From an uncultured Planctomycetales bacterium (lineage in GTDB: Bacteria; Omnitrophota; Gorgyraeia; Gygaellales; Profunditerraquicolaceae): 64,000 nucleotides of DNA. Both the position numbers and the translations under genes were made by a program. The stretch is from NCBI GenBank assembly GCA_964456925.1, contig CAYWCX010000001.1, positions 10,800 through 74,799 on the forward strand, written 5' to 3'. Numbering within the stretch: position 1 is the stretch's first letter; every line of letters begins with the position of its first letter. Below the pieces are notes generated by a model. It saw only the letters and a list, made by a program, of their open reading frames with translations. It had not been told where the DNA came from and did no database searches. Shown one piece after another: positions 1 through 9,232 of this stretch.

Positions 1-273
1 GCCGCGGGGTTCTTTTAACGCAGCGTATACTTTGCCGAAAACTTTAATGTATTTGTTTTTACCCCGAAGGTGAGAGGTTATGCGCACGCCTAATTTCTGA
101 AAAAGCCGTATAGTAGTAAGGCAATCCTGATTGGCGGGGAAATTTTTTATAACGGTAGAGCCGTCTGCTAAAGAAGCGATGATTACCGCACGGTGGGCAA
201 TGGATTTATCTCCGGGAAGGGTCAACCTGCTGCGGATACCCCGACGGGGAGGACAGACGAAAAATGTTTTCAT
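1..273 (-). CDS. aroA: 3-phosphoshikimate 1-carboxyvinyltransferase (EPSP synthase), N-terminal fragment; the gene runs off the window start
   Basis: Reverse complement of 1-273 translates MKTFFVCPPRRGIRSRLTLPGDKSIAHRAVIIASLADGSTVIKNFPANQDCLTTIRLFQKLGVRI with no stop. It carries the LPGDKSIxHRA signature of EPSP synthase. The ATG at 271-273 overlaps the upstream stop codon (ATGA). Confidence 0.75.
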   Translation of the reverse strand, partial: MKTFFVCPPRRGIRSRLTLPGDKSIAHRAVIIASLADGSTVIKNFPANQDCLTTIRLFQKLGVRITSHLRGKNKYIKVFGKVYAALKEPRG

Positions 274-1130
274 CTGGCACTTGGGGCAACCCTGTCGCCT
301 TCATTGACCTTGTTTTTCATCTGCGCAGAAAGGAATGTTCCTGCGGACATTGAATCGTGGATTCTTTCGATCCTGATTTCGCCAACCTTTTTTTTGTTGG
401 CGCGGTAAACCGTAAAGATGTCTCCGATCCTGACGCCGTCTCTGCTACCGAGGTTTATCACTGCGAAATTATACTCCCTGTTGACTACCAGGACCTTGCC
501 CTCAATGCCGGATACGCTTCTTATCGGGCTGGGTTCGTCTGGAGCCACTGCAGCATCTTCGCCTAAGGCCGCAGCGGGCTCCTCGGTCTCGCCCTCTACC
601 GTCACGGTGCCTAAATCTACGCCTTGCTCCTCCTGGGCTTGAGCCTGCTGCTGTATTTGTTCGGACTTGGCTTCTAATTCTTTAATCCTGTTCTCCAACT
701 CTGCCTTCCTGTTATTTAGTTCGGTCAGTTGAGATTGAATTCTTGCCGTCTCTTCCTGGGCCTGACGGTATTTTTCCTCAAGAGACACACGCAATTCCTT
801 CTGTTTATTTAACTCGGTCTGTAACTGGCTGGCGTTGCTGAGGGCCTGTTTTTTATCCGTGTTCTCCTGTTCTAACTGGCGCCTTAAGGCAGCAATCTCG
901 CTGCGGGCATCGTTTAATTTCTGCTCCAGGTCGGCAGCAGTCTTCTGTGACTCCTCCAGTTTCGCCTCGGTGACCATCTGTTTGCCCCGGACTTCCGCCA
1001 GTTCGGCCTGAAGGTTTAAGTTTTTGCCGCGTTCCTTCTGCAAGAGATAGTAAATCCCTCCTGCCAGAGCAAGCGCAAAAAATACCAGCACCACTAGTAT
1101 CAATACCGGCGATTTGGCGCGTTCGGACAT
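270..1130 (-). CDS. membrane-anchored coiled-coil protein of unknown function, with a C-terminal beta-like domain
   Basis: 286-aa ORF. It has an N-terminal hydrophobic helix (PVLILVVLVFFALALAGGIYYLL), about 180 aa of Q/E/K/L-rich heptad coiled coil, and a C-terminal domain of about 80 aa (GKVLVVNREYNFAVINLGSRDGVRIGDIFTVYR). It is translationally coupled to aroA. No family was recognised. Confidence 0.55.
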   Translation of the reverse strand: MSERAKSPVLILVVLVFFALALAGGIYYLLQKERGKNLNLQAELAEVRGKQMVTEAKLEESQKTAADLEQKLNDARSEIAALRRQLEQENTDKKQALSNASQLQTELNKQKELRVSLEEKYRQAQEETARIQSQLTELNNRKAELENRIKELEAKSEQIQQQAQAQEEQGVDLGTVTVEGETEEPAAALGEDAAVAPDEPSPIRSVSGIEGKVLVVNREYNFAVINLGSRDGVRIGDIFTVYRANKKKVGEIRIERIHDSMSAGTFLSAQMKNKVNEGDRVAPSAR

Positions 1131-1192
1131 TTTTCCCCCTTCAATCGGAATGCTTCTTTTGGTTTTTAATTATAGCATCGCGTTGATAAAAA

Positions 1193-2107
1193 TCAAGCGC
1201 TATTTTTTTTGATGAACTCCTGAAATTCCCGTGGCATCGCCGAAGAAAAATCTACAAACTTGCGGGTACGCGGATGAATAAAACCGAGGAAAGCAGCATG
1301 CAGCGCCAGGCGCTTAAAATCATCGTTCTTGCCGTATTTGGTGTCTCCTAAAATCGGATGCAGCGCAAATGCCAAGTGCACACGCAGTTGATGCGTCCTG
1401 CCGGTAAAAGGCTCCAACTCCAAGAGGCTGGCGTTTTTCAAGCGCTTGAGGGTGCGGTAATAAGTCTTGGCATAACGCGCCCCCGGATTAAAACTTACCG
1501 ACATATTCTTTCTTTTGGTGGGGTGCCTGCCGATGGGAAGTTCAATGACATTCTCATCAAACTCCATCGCGCCCTTTACCAGGGCGAGGTATTTACGCTT
1601 AATGGAATGTGCGGCAAACTGGCGCGCCAGCTCCAGGTGCGCGGCGTTATTCTTTGCTATTACCAAAAGCCCGGAGGTTTCCTTATCGAGACGGTGCACG
1701 ATACCGGGCCTGCCGCGATTAACGTCGGATAATTTTTTAAAACGGAAAAGGAGAGCGGCTGCCAGGGTATCCTTTTCCCTGCCCGCTCCGGGATGCACGA
1801 CCATGCCGCAGGGCTTATTTATTACCGCCAGGTCATCGTCTTCATAGATTACCTCGAGGGCGATATCCTGCGGCTTTAAGGCCTCATCCTTCTTATCGGC
1901 TACCCTCACCTTGAATTCGTCCTTGTCTTTTACCTTGTAGTGCGCCTTTTTAGCGATGTTATCACGGGTGACGCAGCCGTCCTGAATGAGCGACTGGATA
2001 AAATTGCGGGAAAATCCGGCATTGAGTTTTTTAAAGTAATCCGCCAGGAATACGTCCAGGCGCCTGCCCTGGTCTTCGGGATTAACTTTAACGCTATATT
2101 CCTGCAT
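1193..2107 (-). CDS. rluD: 23S rRNA pseudouridine synthase, RluA/RluD family
   Basis: S4-like N-terminus and the catalytic motif HRLDKETSGLLVIAKN, with upstream DDDLAVINKPCGMVVHPG. Confidence 0.9.
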   Translation of the reverse strand: MQEYSVKVNPEDQGRRLDVFLADYFKKLNAGFSRNFIQSLIQDGCVTRDNIAKKAHYKVKDKDEFKVRVADKKDEALKPQDIALEVIYEDDDLAVINKPCGMVVHPGAGREKDTLAAALLFRFKKLSDVNRGRPGIVHRLDKETSGLLVIAKNNAAHLELARQFAAHSIKRKYLALVKGAMEFDENVIELPIGRHPTKRKNMSVSFNPGARYAKTYYRTLKRLKNASLLELEPFTGRTHQLRVHLAFALHPILGDTKYGKNDDFKRLALHAAFLGFIHPRTRKFVDFSSAMPREFQEFIKKNSA

Positions 2108-2113
2108 CGCTGT

Positions 2114-2845
2114 TTATTTTTTTAACTTCGCTGTCAGGATAAGTCCGGTAACGGCAACGATAAAACCCGCGATGCTTAAAATATGAAAGATGGTCAAGCC
2201 AAAAATAAGCGGGAGGTTATCGGCCCTAAAAGATTCTATCAGAAATCTTTTGGCGCAATAAAAGAGAAGGTAGAAGAAAAAAATCTGGCCGTCGCGGTGC
2301 GGCCGTTCGCGCAGTAATCTTAAAACAATAAAAATAAGGAACAACAGCAACGAAGAATAAAGCTGGGTAGGAATAAGGGTGGCGTCGTGCGCCGGAAAAT
2401 AAATCCCGAACCGCGAAACCTTACCGAAACAGCAGCCGTTTAAGAAACAACCGAGTCTGCCGATTGCCTGCGCAAGGGCAAGATACGGAGCAATAAGGTC
2501 TGCTACCTTGCCGAGGGGGAGTCTTTTCTTTTTTAAATATAGCAAGCCGCTGGCTATCCCCAGGATTAAGCCTCCGAACCAGGAGAGCCCTCCCTGCTGC
2601 AGCATGATAATCTCAAGAGGGTTCTTGAGATAATAAAAGAGGTTATAACCGACGTAGAACAGGCGCGCGCCGATAATGCCCGCGATAAATACCAGAAAAC
2701 AAAGGTTGAAAATAACTTCAGGCCGGACGTTAATCCTGGGGGCCTGGCGGCTGGCTAAAAAAGACCCCAGCATAAAAGCGATTGCCAGCATCAGCCCGTA
2801 GGAATAAATATGGAAGATTCCTATTTTACAGATTACGGGATACAT
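2114..2845 (-). CDS. lgt: prolipoprotein diacylglyceryl transferase
   Basis: Polytopic membrane protein of 243 aa with an Lgt-like N-terminus (MYPVICKIGIFHIYSYGLMLAIAFMLG). Sits in the conserved ileS-lspA-lgt-rluD neighbourhood. Confidence 0.8.
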   Translation of the reverse strand: MYPVICKIGIFHIYSYGLMLAIAFMLGSFLASRQAPRINVRPEVIFNLCFLVFIAGIIGARLFYVGYNLFYYLKNPLEIIMLQQGGLSWFGGLILGIASGLLYLKKKRLPLGKVADLIAPYLALAQAIGRLGCFLNGCCFGKVSRFGIYFPAHDATLIPTQLYSSLLLFLIFIVLRLLRERPHRDGQIFFFYLLFYCAKRFLIESFRADNLPLIFGLTIFHILSIAGFIVAVTGLILTAKLKK

Positions 2846-2848
2846 AAC

Positions 2849-3286
2849 TTATGTCTTTTTCGGCTTTAAAATAGAGTAACCCAGAAGTACCGCTCCGACG
2901 GTAATGGCGCTGTCTGCAATATTGAATACCGGCCAGATGCGTAAATCCAGAAAATCAATTACATAGCCGAACACAATACGGTCAATGAGGTTACCCAGCG
3001 CGCCGGCCAGGACGAGGCCAAGCGCAACTGCGGGAAGAGAAATTTTTCTCCACCCTTGTTTTTTTAGATTAAGATAGATTAATATTACGGCCAGTATCGC
3101 GGTAAGGATAAAAAATAAAACCCCCCCCTTGAATAAGCCGAAGGCCGCCCCGCGGTTGTGCACGAGGCTCAACTGCAATACGCCCTTGATGACGGGTAAG
3201 CTCTGATGAGGGGAAAGGGATTTGCTGACCAGGAGTTTGGTGCCCTGGTCCAATAGGAGAATAGATAATACGATGATGAAGACCAT
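2849..3286 (-). CDS. lspA: lipoprotein signal peptidase II
   Basis: 145 aa with four TM segments. Carries the conserved NRGAAFG and FNIADSAI motifs. Confidence 0.9.
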   Translation of the reverse strand: MVFIIVLSILLLDQGTKLLVSKSLSPHQSLPVIKGVLQLSLVHNRGAAFGLFKGGVLFFILTAILAVILIYLNLKKQGWRKISLPAVALGLVLAGALGNLIDRIVFGYVIDFLDLRIWPVFNIADSAITVGAVLLGYSILKPKKT

Positions 3287-3303
3287 CGTAAAAATAGCCT
3301 AGG

Positions 3304-3687
3304 TTATTTCTTCTCTTTTTTTTCCTGGCATTTTACGCAAAGAGAGGCTTGGGGAAGGGCCTTAAGTCTGGTCTTGGAGATGGACGCCTTACATTGTTCA
3401 CAGATACCGTAGGTGCCGTCCTCTATTTTTTTCAGGGCGTCGTCTAAAACATAAAGCAACTCCCGTTCGTTGGAAGCCAGACCCAGGGAAAACTCCCGGT
3501 CGTAATTGTCGGTGGCGACATCCGCCATATGGTAGGCATAACCCGAAATGTCCCCCGAGGCCTCCTTCTGGGATTTCTTCAGGACATCCTCGGAGAGGCT
3601 TTTAATCTCATCAAGGATATCCTCTTTTTTCTTGAGGATAATCTTTTTGAATTCCGCCAGCTCTTTTTTGTTGAATTTCTTTTTCAA
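3304..3687 (-). CDS. DksA/TraR-family C4 zinc-finger regulator (comparable to B. subtilis YlyA)
   Basis: 127 aa with an N-terminal coiled coil and C-terminal CEQC...CVKC. Sits between ileS and lspA as in Firmicutes. Confidence 0.75.
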   Translation of the reverse strand: MKKKFNKKELAEFKKIILKKKEDILDEIKSLSEDVLKKSQKEASGDISGYAYHMADVATDNYDREFSLGLASNERELLYVLDDALKKIEDGTYGICEQCKASISKTRLKALPQASLCVKCQEKKEKK

Positions 3688-3688
3688 T

Positions 3689-6493
3689 TTATTTGCCTCC
3701 TATAGCTGTCAGACACTTTTCACAGATAAGAGGGTGCGCATTGTTAACCCCGACGGTGGTGGAATAATTCCAGCAGCGCACGCACTTGGCACCTTCGGCC
3801 TTGGCGACCTTAATCCTGATACCCTCTTGCGATACGTCATCTTTGCTCACCTCTACCTGCGAAACCTTAAAGATTTCACAGAGGTCGTCTTTAAGACTGT
3901 TTAAGAATGTATAACGTTCTGGGTTGTTTGTCAATAGATTTATTCCGGCATCAAAGGAACTCCCGATTAAACCGGTGGAGCGCTGCTCTTCCAGGGACTT
4001 CGCCACTTCGGGGATTAACTCTATGATTGGTTTTAATTCCGTATCGATATCCTCCTGCCGGTAAAGCGGGTTTGCCTTCGGCCAATCCAGGAGATGGACG
4101 CTGGTTATGTTACGGCCGTCCTTATCTTTAGGCATACACTGCCAGATTTCTTCAGCGGTAAATACCAGGACAGGAGCCATCATCCTTACTATCGCATTTA
4201 ATATTTCATAGATGCAGGTCTGGGCAGCGCGCCGCGGCAGGGAACCGGCGGCAGCGGTATATAACCTCCCCTTTACCATATCTAAATAATACATCGATAA
4301 CTCAATATTGCAAAAATCATATATCGCTTTATACACCTTGTAAAACTCGAAGGTATTGCTGCCGTCGCTGCCATAGGCACTCTCCACCGCCCCCAACACC
4401 TCCTGCAGTTTCCAGAGGATCCATTTGTCTATCTTTCTTAAGTCCTTATAACCTGCCTTATTGACTGCGGGGTCAAAATCATAAAGATTGCTCAGGATGA
4501 ACCTTGCGGTATTGCGGATTTTTCTATATGCCTCGGATAAACGGGCTAACATTTCTTTGGAGATGCGGATGTCCTCATTGTAATCGCTGGAGGCTACCCA
4601 GAGCCGCACGATATCCGCGCCGTACTCTTTAATGATTTCCTGCGGTGAGATAACATTACCGAGGGACTTGGACATCTTCCTTCCCTCGGCATCCACTACG
4701 TGGCCGTGGGTAAGGACGCTCTTAAAAGGCGGTCTGCCGTCAATACACATTGCCGGGATAAGCGAAGACTGGAACCATCCGCGGTGCTGATCCGAACCTT
4801 CGAGATAGAGGTCGGCAGGATAAGACAGTTCCTTCCTCTTCTTCAATACTGCCTGGCTGCTCACCCCGGAATCAAACCAGACATCCAGTATATCCGCGCC
4901 CTTGGTAAAACTTTTTCCCTTGCAATGCGGGCAGCTAAATCCCTTGGGCAAGAAATCTGTTACTTCGCGGGTAAACCAACAGTCTGAGCCTTCCTTAGCC
5001 GCTAATGCGGCAAAATTATCAATCACCGCCGGCTCCAGAAACTCTTCTTTACATCCGCTGCAGACCAGCGCCGGAATAGGAACGCCCCAGTAGCGCTGCC
5101 TTGATAAGCACCAGTCCGGCCTCAATTCCACCATCGCCGAGATTCTATCCCTGCCTACCGCCGGAATCCATTCAATATCGTTCTTGATGACATCAAGCAG
5201 CCGCTCGCGCAAGGTAACGCCGCTGTTTTTCTCGCGATAATCAATAGCCAAAAACCACTGGTTGGTAGCCCTGAAGATAATCGGGGTTTTGCAGCGCCAG
5301 CAGTGCGGATAGGAATGCCAGCATTTTTCGGCGAAAAGCAGGGCTTTAAGTTTCTGTAGTTTCTCGATGATAACTTCATTGGCGTCATAGACGTTCAGGT
5401 CCCTGAACTCTCCTGCCGAGGCATCGAAATTGCCTTTTGAATCCACCGGCATCACGACTTCAAGTTTATATTTTGATCCGGTAAGGTAATCTTCGGCGCC
5501 GTGGCCGGGAGCGGTATGGACCAGGCCGCTGCCCTCTTCTGAAGAAATATAATCAGCCAGCACTACCCTGCCCTGGCGCAGGCCAAAAGGGTGGTCATAG
5601 ATTAACCCCTCGAGTTCTTTTCCCTTGAACTGGCGGATAACCTCATATTTTTCTATCCCACTTTCGGCCAAAACCCCCCTCCTGACATTAGCAATCACAA
5701 GGTTGCCATGGGGTGTCTTAATAAAAGAATAGAGGAAATCCGGATGCACTGCTACCGCAACATTGGCAATCAGGGTCCAGGGAGTAGTAGTCCAGATTAC
5801 CAGGTAACTGTCTTCCGGAAAGTCCCTGTTTTGCCGCAGTTTAAACTTTACCAGGACAGACGGTGAAACATGCTCTTCGTATTCCACCTCCGCCTCGGCA
5901 AGCGCGGTCTCGCATTTATAGCACCAGTTTACCGGCTTTAAGCCGCGGTAGACGTAGCCCTTTTTCACCAACTCCGAAAAAGAGCGCACAATTGCCTCCT
6001 CGTAGTCGTGGCTCATCGTCAGGTAGGAGTTATCCCAATCCCCGAAGACGCCGAGGCGCTTGAATTCCTCCTTTTGAATCCCGACATATTTTAAGGCGTA
6101 TTGATAGGCCTTCTTACGGAACTCTACCTGTGTAATCTGGTATTTATCCATCTTTAGTTCTTTAAAAAGCTGGTGTTCCACCGGCAGGCCGTGGCAGTCC
6201 CATCCCGGCAGATACGGAGCGTCACAGCCCCGCATCGTCTTATATTTTACGATAATGTCCTTTAAGGTTTTATTCAGGGCGTGCCCGATATGGATGTTGC
6301 CGTTGGCATAAGGCGGGCCGTCATGCAGCACGTATTTCCTGCGGCCCCTGCCCTTTTGGCAAATCTTGCCGTATATGCCGGATTCCTCCCAGGACTCTAA
6401 GAACGCAACCTCGCGCCGGGGCAGGTCCGCTTTCATCGGAAATGCGGTGCGGGGAAGGTTCAGTGTATTTTTATAGTCGGCGTTACCTGACAT
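3689..6493 (-). CDS. ileS: isoleucyl-tRNA synthetase, type 1
   Basis: Contains the HIGH motif ([15 protein letters not shown]), KMSKS, and a C-terminal zinc-binding CVRCWN...CEKC. The track ORF is extended by 26 codons. The likely start is [22 protein letters not shown] at 6493, which overlaps the mtnP stop by 11 nt. Confidence 0.95.
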   Translation of the reverse strand: MSGNADYKNTLNLPRTAFPMKADLPRREVAFLESWEESGIYGKICQKGRGRRKYVLHDGPPYANGNIHIGHALNKTLKDIIVKYKTMRGCDAPYLPGWDCHGLPVEHQLFKELKMDKYQITQVEFRKKAYQYALKYVGIQKEEFKRLGVFGDWDNSYLTMSHDYEEAIVRSFSELVKKGYVYRGLKPVNWCYKCETALAEAEVEYEEHVSPSVLVKFKLRQNRDFPEDSYLVIWTTTPWTLIANVAVAVHPDFLYSFIKTPHGNLVIANVRRGVLAESGIEKYEVIRQFKGKELEGLIYDHPFGLRQGRVVLADYISSEEGSGLVHTAPGHGAEDYLTGSKYKLEVVMPVDSKGNFDASAGEFRDLNVYDANEVIIEKLQKLKALLFAEKCWHSYPHCWRCKTPIIFRATNQWFLAIDYREKNSGVTLRERLLDVIKNDIEWIPAVGRDRISAMVELRPDWCLSRQRYWGVPIPALVCSGCKEEFLEPAVIDNFAALAAKEGSDCWFTREVTDFLPKGFSCPHCKGKSFTKGADILDVWFDSGVSSQAVLKKRKELSYPADLYLEGSDQHRGWFQSSLIPAMCIDGRPPFKSVLTHGHVVDAEGRKMSKSLGNVISPQEIIKEYGADIVRLWVASSDYNEDIRISKEMLARLSEAYRKIRNTARFILSNLYDFDPAVNKAGYKDLRKIDKWILWKLQEVLGAVESAYGSDGSNTFEFYKVYKAIYDFCNIELSMYYLDMVKGRLYTAAAGSLPRRAAQTCIYEILNAIVRMMAPVLVFTAEEIWQCMPKDKDGRNITSVHLLDWPKANPLYRQEDIDTELKPIIELIPEVAKSLEEQRSTGLIGSSFDAGINLLTNNPERYTFLNSLKDDLCEIFKVSQVEVSKDDVSQEGIRIKVAKAEGAKCVRCWNYSTTVGVNNAHPLICEKCLTAIGGK

Positions 6494-7343
6494 ATTTACC
6501 AATAATGATATCGAGGTCCTTCCTGACGCGCCGGGGGATATATTTTTTCTCGGTGACAATGGCGTGCTCAAGGGCCCGGCCGCAGTTACAGGTCCTCTCC
6601 TGCGGCAGGAGTTTAATGACCGTAGAAACTATTTTTTTGGAATTAGCGACGTTTGCCTTAAGGTTCTGGATTACCATATCAATGGTGACGCTGTCGTGGG
6701 AAGGATACCAGCAATCATAGTCGGTAACCGCAGCCAGCGTTACATAGCACATCTCGGCCTCGCGCGCTAATTTTGCCTCGGCAAAATTAGTCATCCCGAC
6801 AACATCCATACCCCAGTTGCGGTATAATTTTGATTCCGCGATAGTGGAAAAGGCCGGGCCTTCCATATTAATATAAGTACCTCCGTTATGCACCCGGCTG
6901 GTTACGTTTTTGGCGGCCCGGTATAAAAACCCCCGCAGTTCCTCGCATACCGGATGCGAGAATTCAATGTGCGCGACAATGCCTTCTTCAAAAAAGCTCA
7001 TGTCCCGGGCATAATTGGTGCGGTCGACAAACTGGTCCACTGCTACAAAATCAAGCGGCTTGATTTCTTCCTTAAGGCTGCCGCAGGCAGTAACGGAAAT
7101 GATGCGCTCCACCCCTAATTTTTTCATGGCATAGATATTGGCGCGGTAATTGATGTGGCTGGGCGGGATGCGATGCCCCACATCATGGCGCGGCACAAAC
7201 ACTACTTTCTTGCCCTCCAGTTCTCCGATAACGAATTTTCCCGAGGGTCGACCAAAGGGGGTCGCAAGACTCACCATATCCGCAACCTTCATCCCTTCGA
7301 TTTTGTATAAACCGCTTCCGCCGATAATACCGATACGACCCAT
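6483..7343 (-). CDS. mtnP: S-methyl-5'-thioadenosine phosphorylase (purine nucleoside phosphorylase family)
   Basis: [14 protein letters not shown]-terminus and PNP/MTAP-family length and motifs. Confidence 0.85.
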   Translation of the reverse strand: MGRIGIIGGSGLYKIEGMKVADMVSLATPFGRPSGKFVIGELEGKKVVFVPRHDVGHRIPPSHINYRANIYAMKKLGVERIISVTACGSLKEEIKPLDFVAVDQFVDRTNYARDMSFFEEGIVAHIEFSHPVCEELRGFLYRAAKNVTSRVHNGGTYINMEGPAFSTIAESKLYRNWGMDVVGMTNFAEAKLAREAEMCYVTLAAVTDYDCWYPSHDSVTIDMVIQNLKANVANSKKIVSTVIKLLPQERTCNCGRALEHAIVTEKKYIPRRVRKDLDIIIGKYVR

Positions 7344-7347
7344 CTTT

Positions 7348-8178
7348 TTAATCCCTCCTCGCCAGTAACTCGGCGCGCTTCAGTGCTGCCCGGGCAGCGT
7401 CGCCCCAGGAATCAGACTGTCTTAATATCGCCATCGCCGCTTCAGTGGTGCCGCCCTTAGAGGTAACCTGACCGCGCAATTCCGCAGGTGAACTCTTGGT
7501 CTTTTTAAGGAGGCTTAAACTGGTATTGGCGGTATTAACCGCTAAAAACATCGCATCCTCGTGATTAAAGCCGACATTTTCGGCGGCCTGCGCCAGGCGC
7601 TTAATCATATCTCGCCGGGCGTGCTCCGGGATATTATTAGGGTCAAGGGAATTCTGCTCGAGGAAATAAAAGATGTACGCCGGCCCGCTTCCCGAAATAG
7701 CGGTAGCGGCATTCATCATCTTTTCATCTATCGTGCGGACAACACCCAAATAATAGAATAACTCCCGGGCTAACTCCAGGTCCTCGTCACTTGCAAAGCT
7801 ACCCTTGCATAAACAGGTTACAGACTCCGCAATCTTAACCCCGATATTCGGCATCGCCCGCACCACCCTTACCTTACCCAGCATCTTCTCCAGATGAGCA
7901 GTGCTGATGCCGGCAGCAATAGAAATGACTAATTTATCCTTGACGTAATTGCGGATGACTTTTAAAACCCCGTCAATGTCCTGCGGCTTTACCGCCAATA
8001 ACAATACCTCGGATTTCTCTGCCAGGCTGATAACATCACCGGCAACATTAATGCCTTTAACAGCGGCAGTGCGGTGTTTATCCTTATCAAAGACGGTAAT
8101 CTGATAATAAGATGCGAGCTGCCCTGCCATGGCTTGCCCCATATTCCCAAAACCGATAATCCCTAATCTTTCCTGCAT
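7348..8178 (-). CDS. proC: pyrroline-5-carboxylate reductase
   Basis: IGFGNMGQAMAGQL Rossmann motif and the GSGPAY motif. Confidence 0.9.
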   Translation of the reverse strand: MQERLGIIGFGNMGQAMAGQLASYYQITVFDKDKHRTAAVKGINVAGDVISLAEKSEVLLLAVKPQDIDGVLKVIRNYVKDKLVISIAAGISTAHLEKMLGKVRVVRAMPNIGVKIAESVTCLCKGSFASDEDLELARELFYYLGVVRTIDEKMMNAATAISGSGPAYIFYFLEQNSLDPNNIPEHARRDMIKRLAQAAENVGFNHEDAMFLAVNTANTSLSLLKKTKSSPAELRGQVTSKGGTTEAAMAILRQSDSWGDAARAALKRAELLARRD

Positions 8179-8868
8179 CTAAAACCCTCCGAATATTGCC
8201 CTGCCTAAACGGATGATGTCCGCGCCTTCTTCGATTGCTACCTCAAAATCATCGGTCATCCCCATCGAAAGCAGGGTTAAGCGGTTATTAACGGAAGGAT
8301 TAATTTTCTCCTTCAGTTCTCTTAACATCCTGAAATATGGCCGGGGTTGCTCGGCATATTCTCCAACAGGCGCAATAGTCATTAAACCTTTTATATTTAT
8401 ATTTTTTAGTTTGACAGCCTCCTCAACCATTGCCGCCAGCTCTTCCGGATTCAAGCCGGATTTGGTGGGTTCGGGGGAAGTCTTGACCTCAATCAAAATA
8501 TCCTGAACCTTATTTACCCTGGCAGCCTGTTTGTCAATTTCCGCGGCGAGGCGGATGCTGTCCACGGAATGAACCAAATCAAAAATCCTTACCGCCTCTT
8601 TTACTTTATTAGTCTGAAGATGGCCGACCATATGCCAGCGGATTCGCATATCGCCTGGCGCTAATCGCTTATCGTTATACTTTATAAGCGCTTCCTGCAC
8701 CCTGTTTTCGCCGATATCCGTTATGCCGGCCTGAATTGCTTCGTACACCTCCTGCGCTGTCCTGCCTTTACTTACTGCCACCATGGTAATTGTTGCGGGG
8801 TCGCGCTTTATCCTGGCACAGGCTGCGGTAATACGGCCTTTCAAAGAAGATAAATTATCCCTAATCAT
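8179..8868 (-). CDS. yggS: YggS/YlmE-family PLP-binding protein (PLP homeostasis)
   Basis: VAVSKGRTAQEV (PLP lysine) and HMVGHLQTNKVK motifs. The ylmE position downstream of the fts genes matches Firmicutes. Confidence 0.9.
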   Translation of the reverse strand: MIRDNLSSLKGRITAACARIKRDPATITMVAVSKGRTAQEVYEAIQAGITDIGENRVQEALIKYNDKRLAPGDMRIRWHMVGHLQTNKVKEAVRIFDLVHSVDSIRLAAEIDKQAARVNKVQDILIEVKTSPEPTKSGLNPEELAAMVEEAVKLKNINIKGLMTIAPVGEYAEQPRPYFRMLRELKEKINPSVNNRLTLLSMGMTDDFEVAIEEGADIIRLGRAIFGGF

Positions 8869-8884
8869 GGCTATAAACTAATAT

Positions 8885-8912
8885 ATTATACCTAATAAAA
8901 CGCAACGGTCAA
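8885..8912 (-). promoter_or_regulatory. sigma-70-like promoter for yggS-proC: TTGACC, 16-nt spacer, TATAAT
   Basis: Minus-strand reading is TTGACCgttgcgttttattaggTATAAT. The -10 lies about 17 nt upstream of the yggS ATG at 8868. Confidence 0.55.
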
Positions 8913-8926
8913 TACAATACCAATAC

Positions 8927-9225
8927 GGAGACGTTTTCCTCCCCAAAGCGGACAGTGTCTTGAGATAATCAGCGAAGGAAAGCTTTAGTTAAATTTTACG
9001 GTTTTTGCTGGAGCGCACATTAAGATTTTTATGGCAGGAGTGCACAAGGGATTACGAGCCGCTGGAATACGCTTGCCTTACGATAGCCTACTGATGGAAG
9101 CGGCGAGTAAACCGTAGTGCACGGCGTAAAAATCCAGTGCGCGAAGCAAAACCGCAAAATTTAGCTGGAATCTCTATTCGTTCATTATTTGAGACACTGT
9201 CCCGATTGACGAGGAAAACGTCTCT
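8927..9225. repeat. Palindromic repeat element copy C1: ~180-bp rod-forming core at 8988-9168, nested inside extra outer inverted repeats of about 48 bp (8927-8975 and 9181-9225)
   Basis: The core shares 85-90% identity with C2 (34530-34701) over GCTGGAGCGCACATTAGGATTTTTACGG...AAGGGATTACG...GTAAACCGTAGCGCACGGCGTAAAAATCCAGTGC. The 5' and 3' halves are reverse complements. Outer repeat: GGAGACGTTTTCCTC...GGACAGTGTCT on the left versus AGACACTGTCC...GAGGAAAACGTCTC on the right. Confidence 0.85.
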
Positions 9226-9232
9226 ATAAGTA

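Noticed and set aside
193-408. Plus-strand ORF spanning the aroA start and the coiled-coil gene end
   Set aside because: Antisense to two coupled minus-strand genes; spurious.
8988-9168. Calling the repeat elements 6S RNA outright, or RNase P, SRP or tmRNA
   Set aside because: The rod-like length fits 6S. But three copies, one inverted and adjacent to another, and no identifiable central bubble or canonical synteny make a firm 6S call unsafe. No RNase P (AGGAAAGUCC), SRP or tmRNA signatures are present. The elements are kept as a structured-repeat finding instead.
8869-9232. A hidden tRNA or short ftsZ remnant in the ftsA-yggS spacer
   Set aside because: No cloverleaf-capable segment was found, and no frame gives tubulin-like motifs such as GGGTGTG. 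The region is fully accounted for by the nested palindrome and the yggS promoter.
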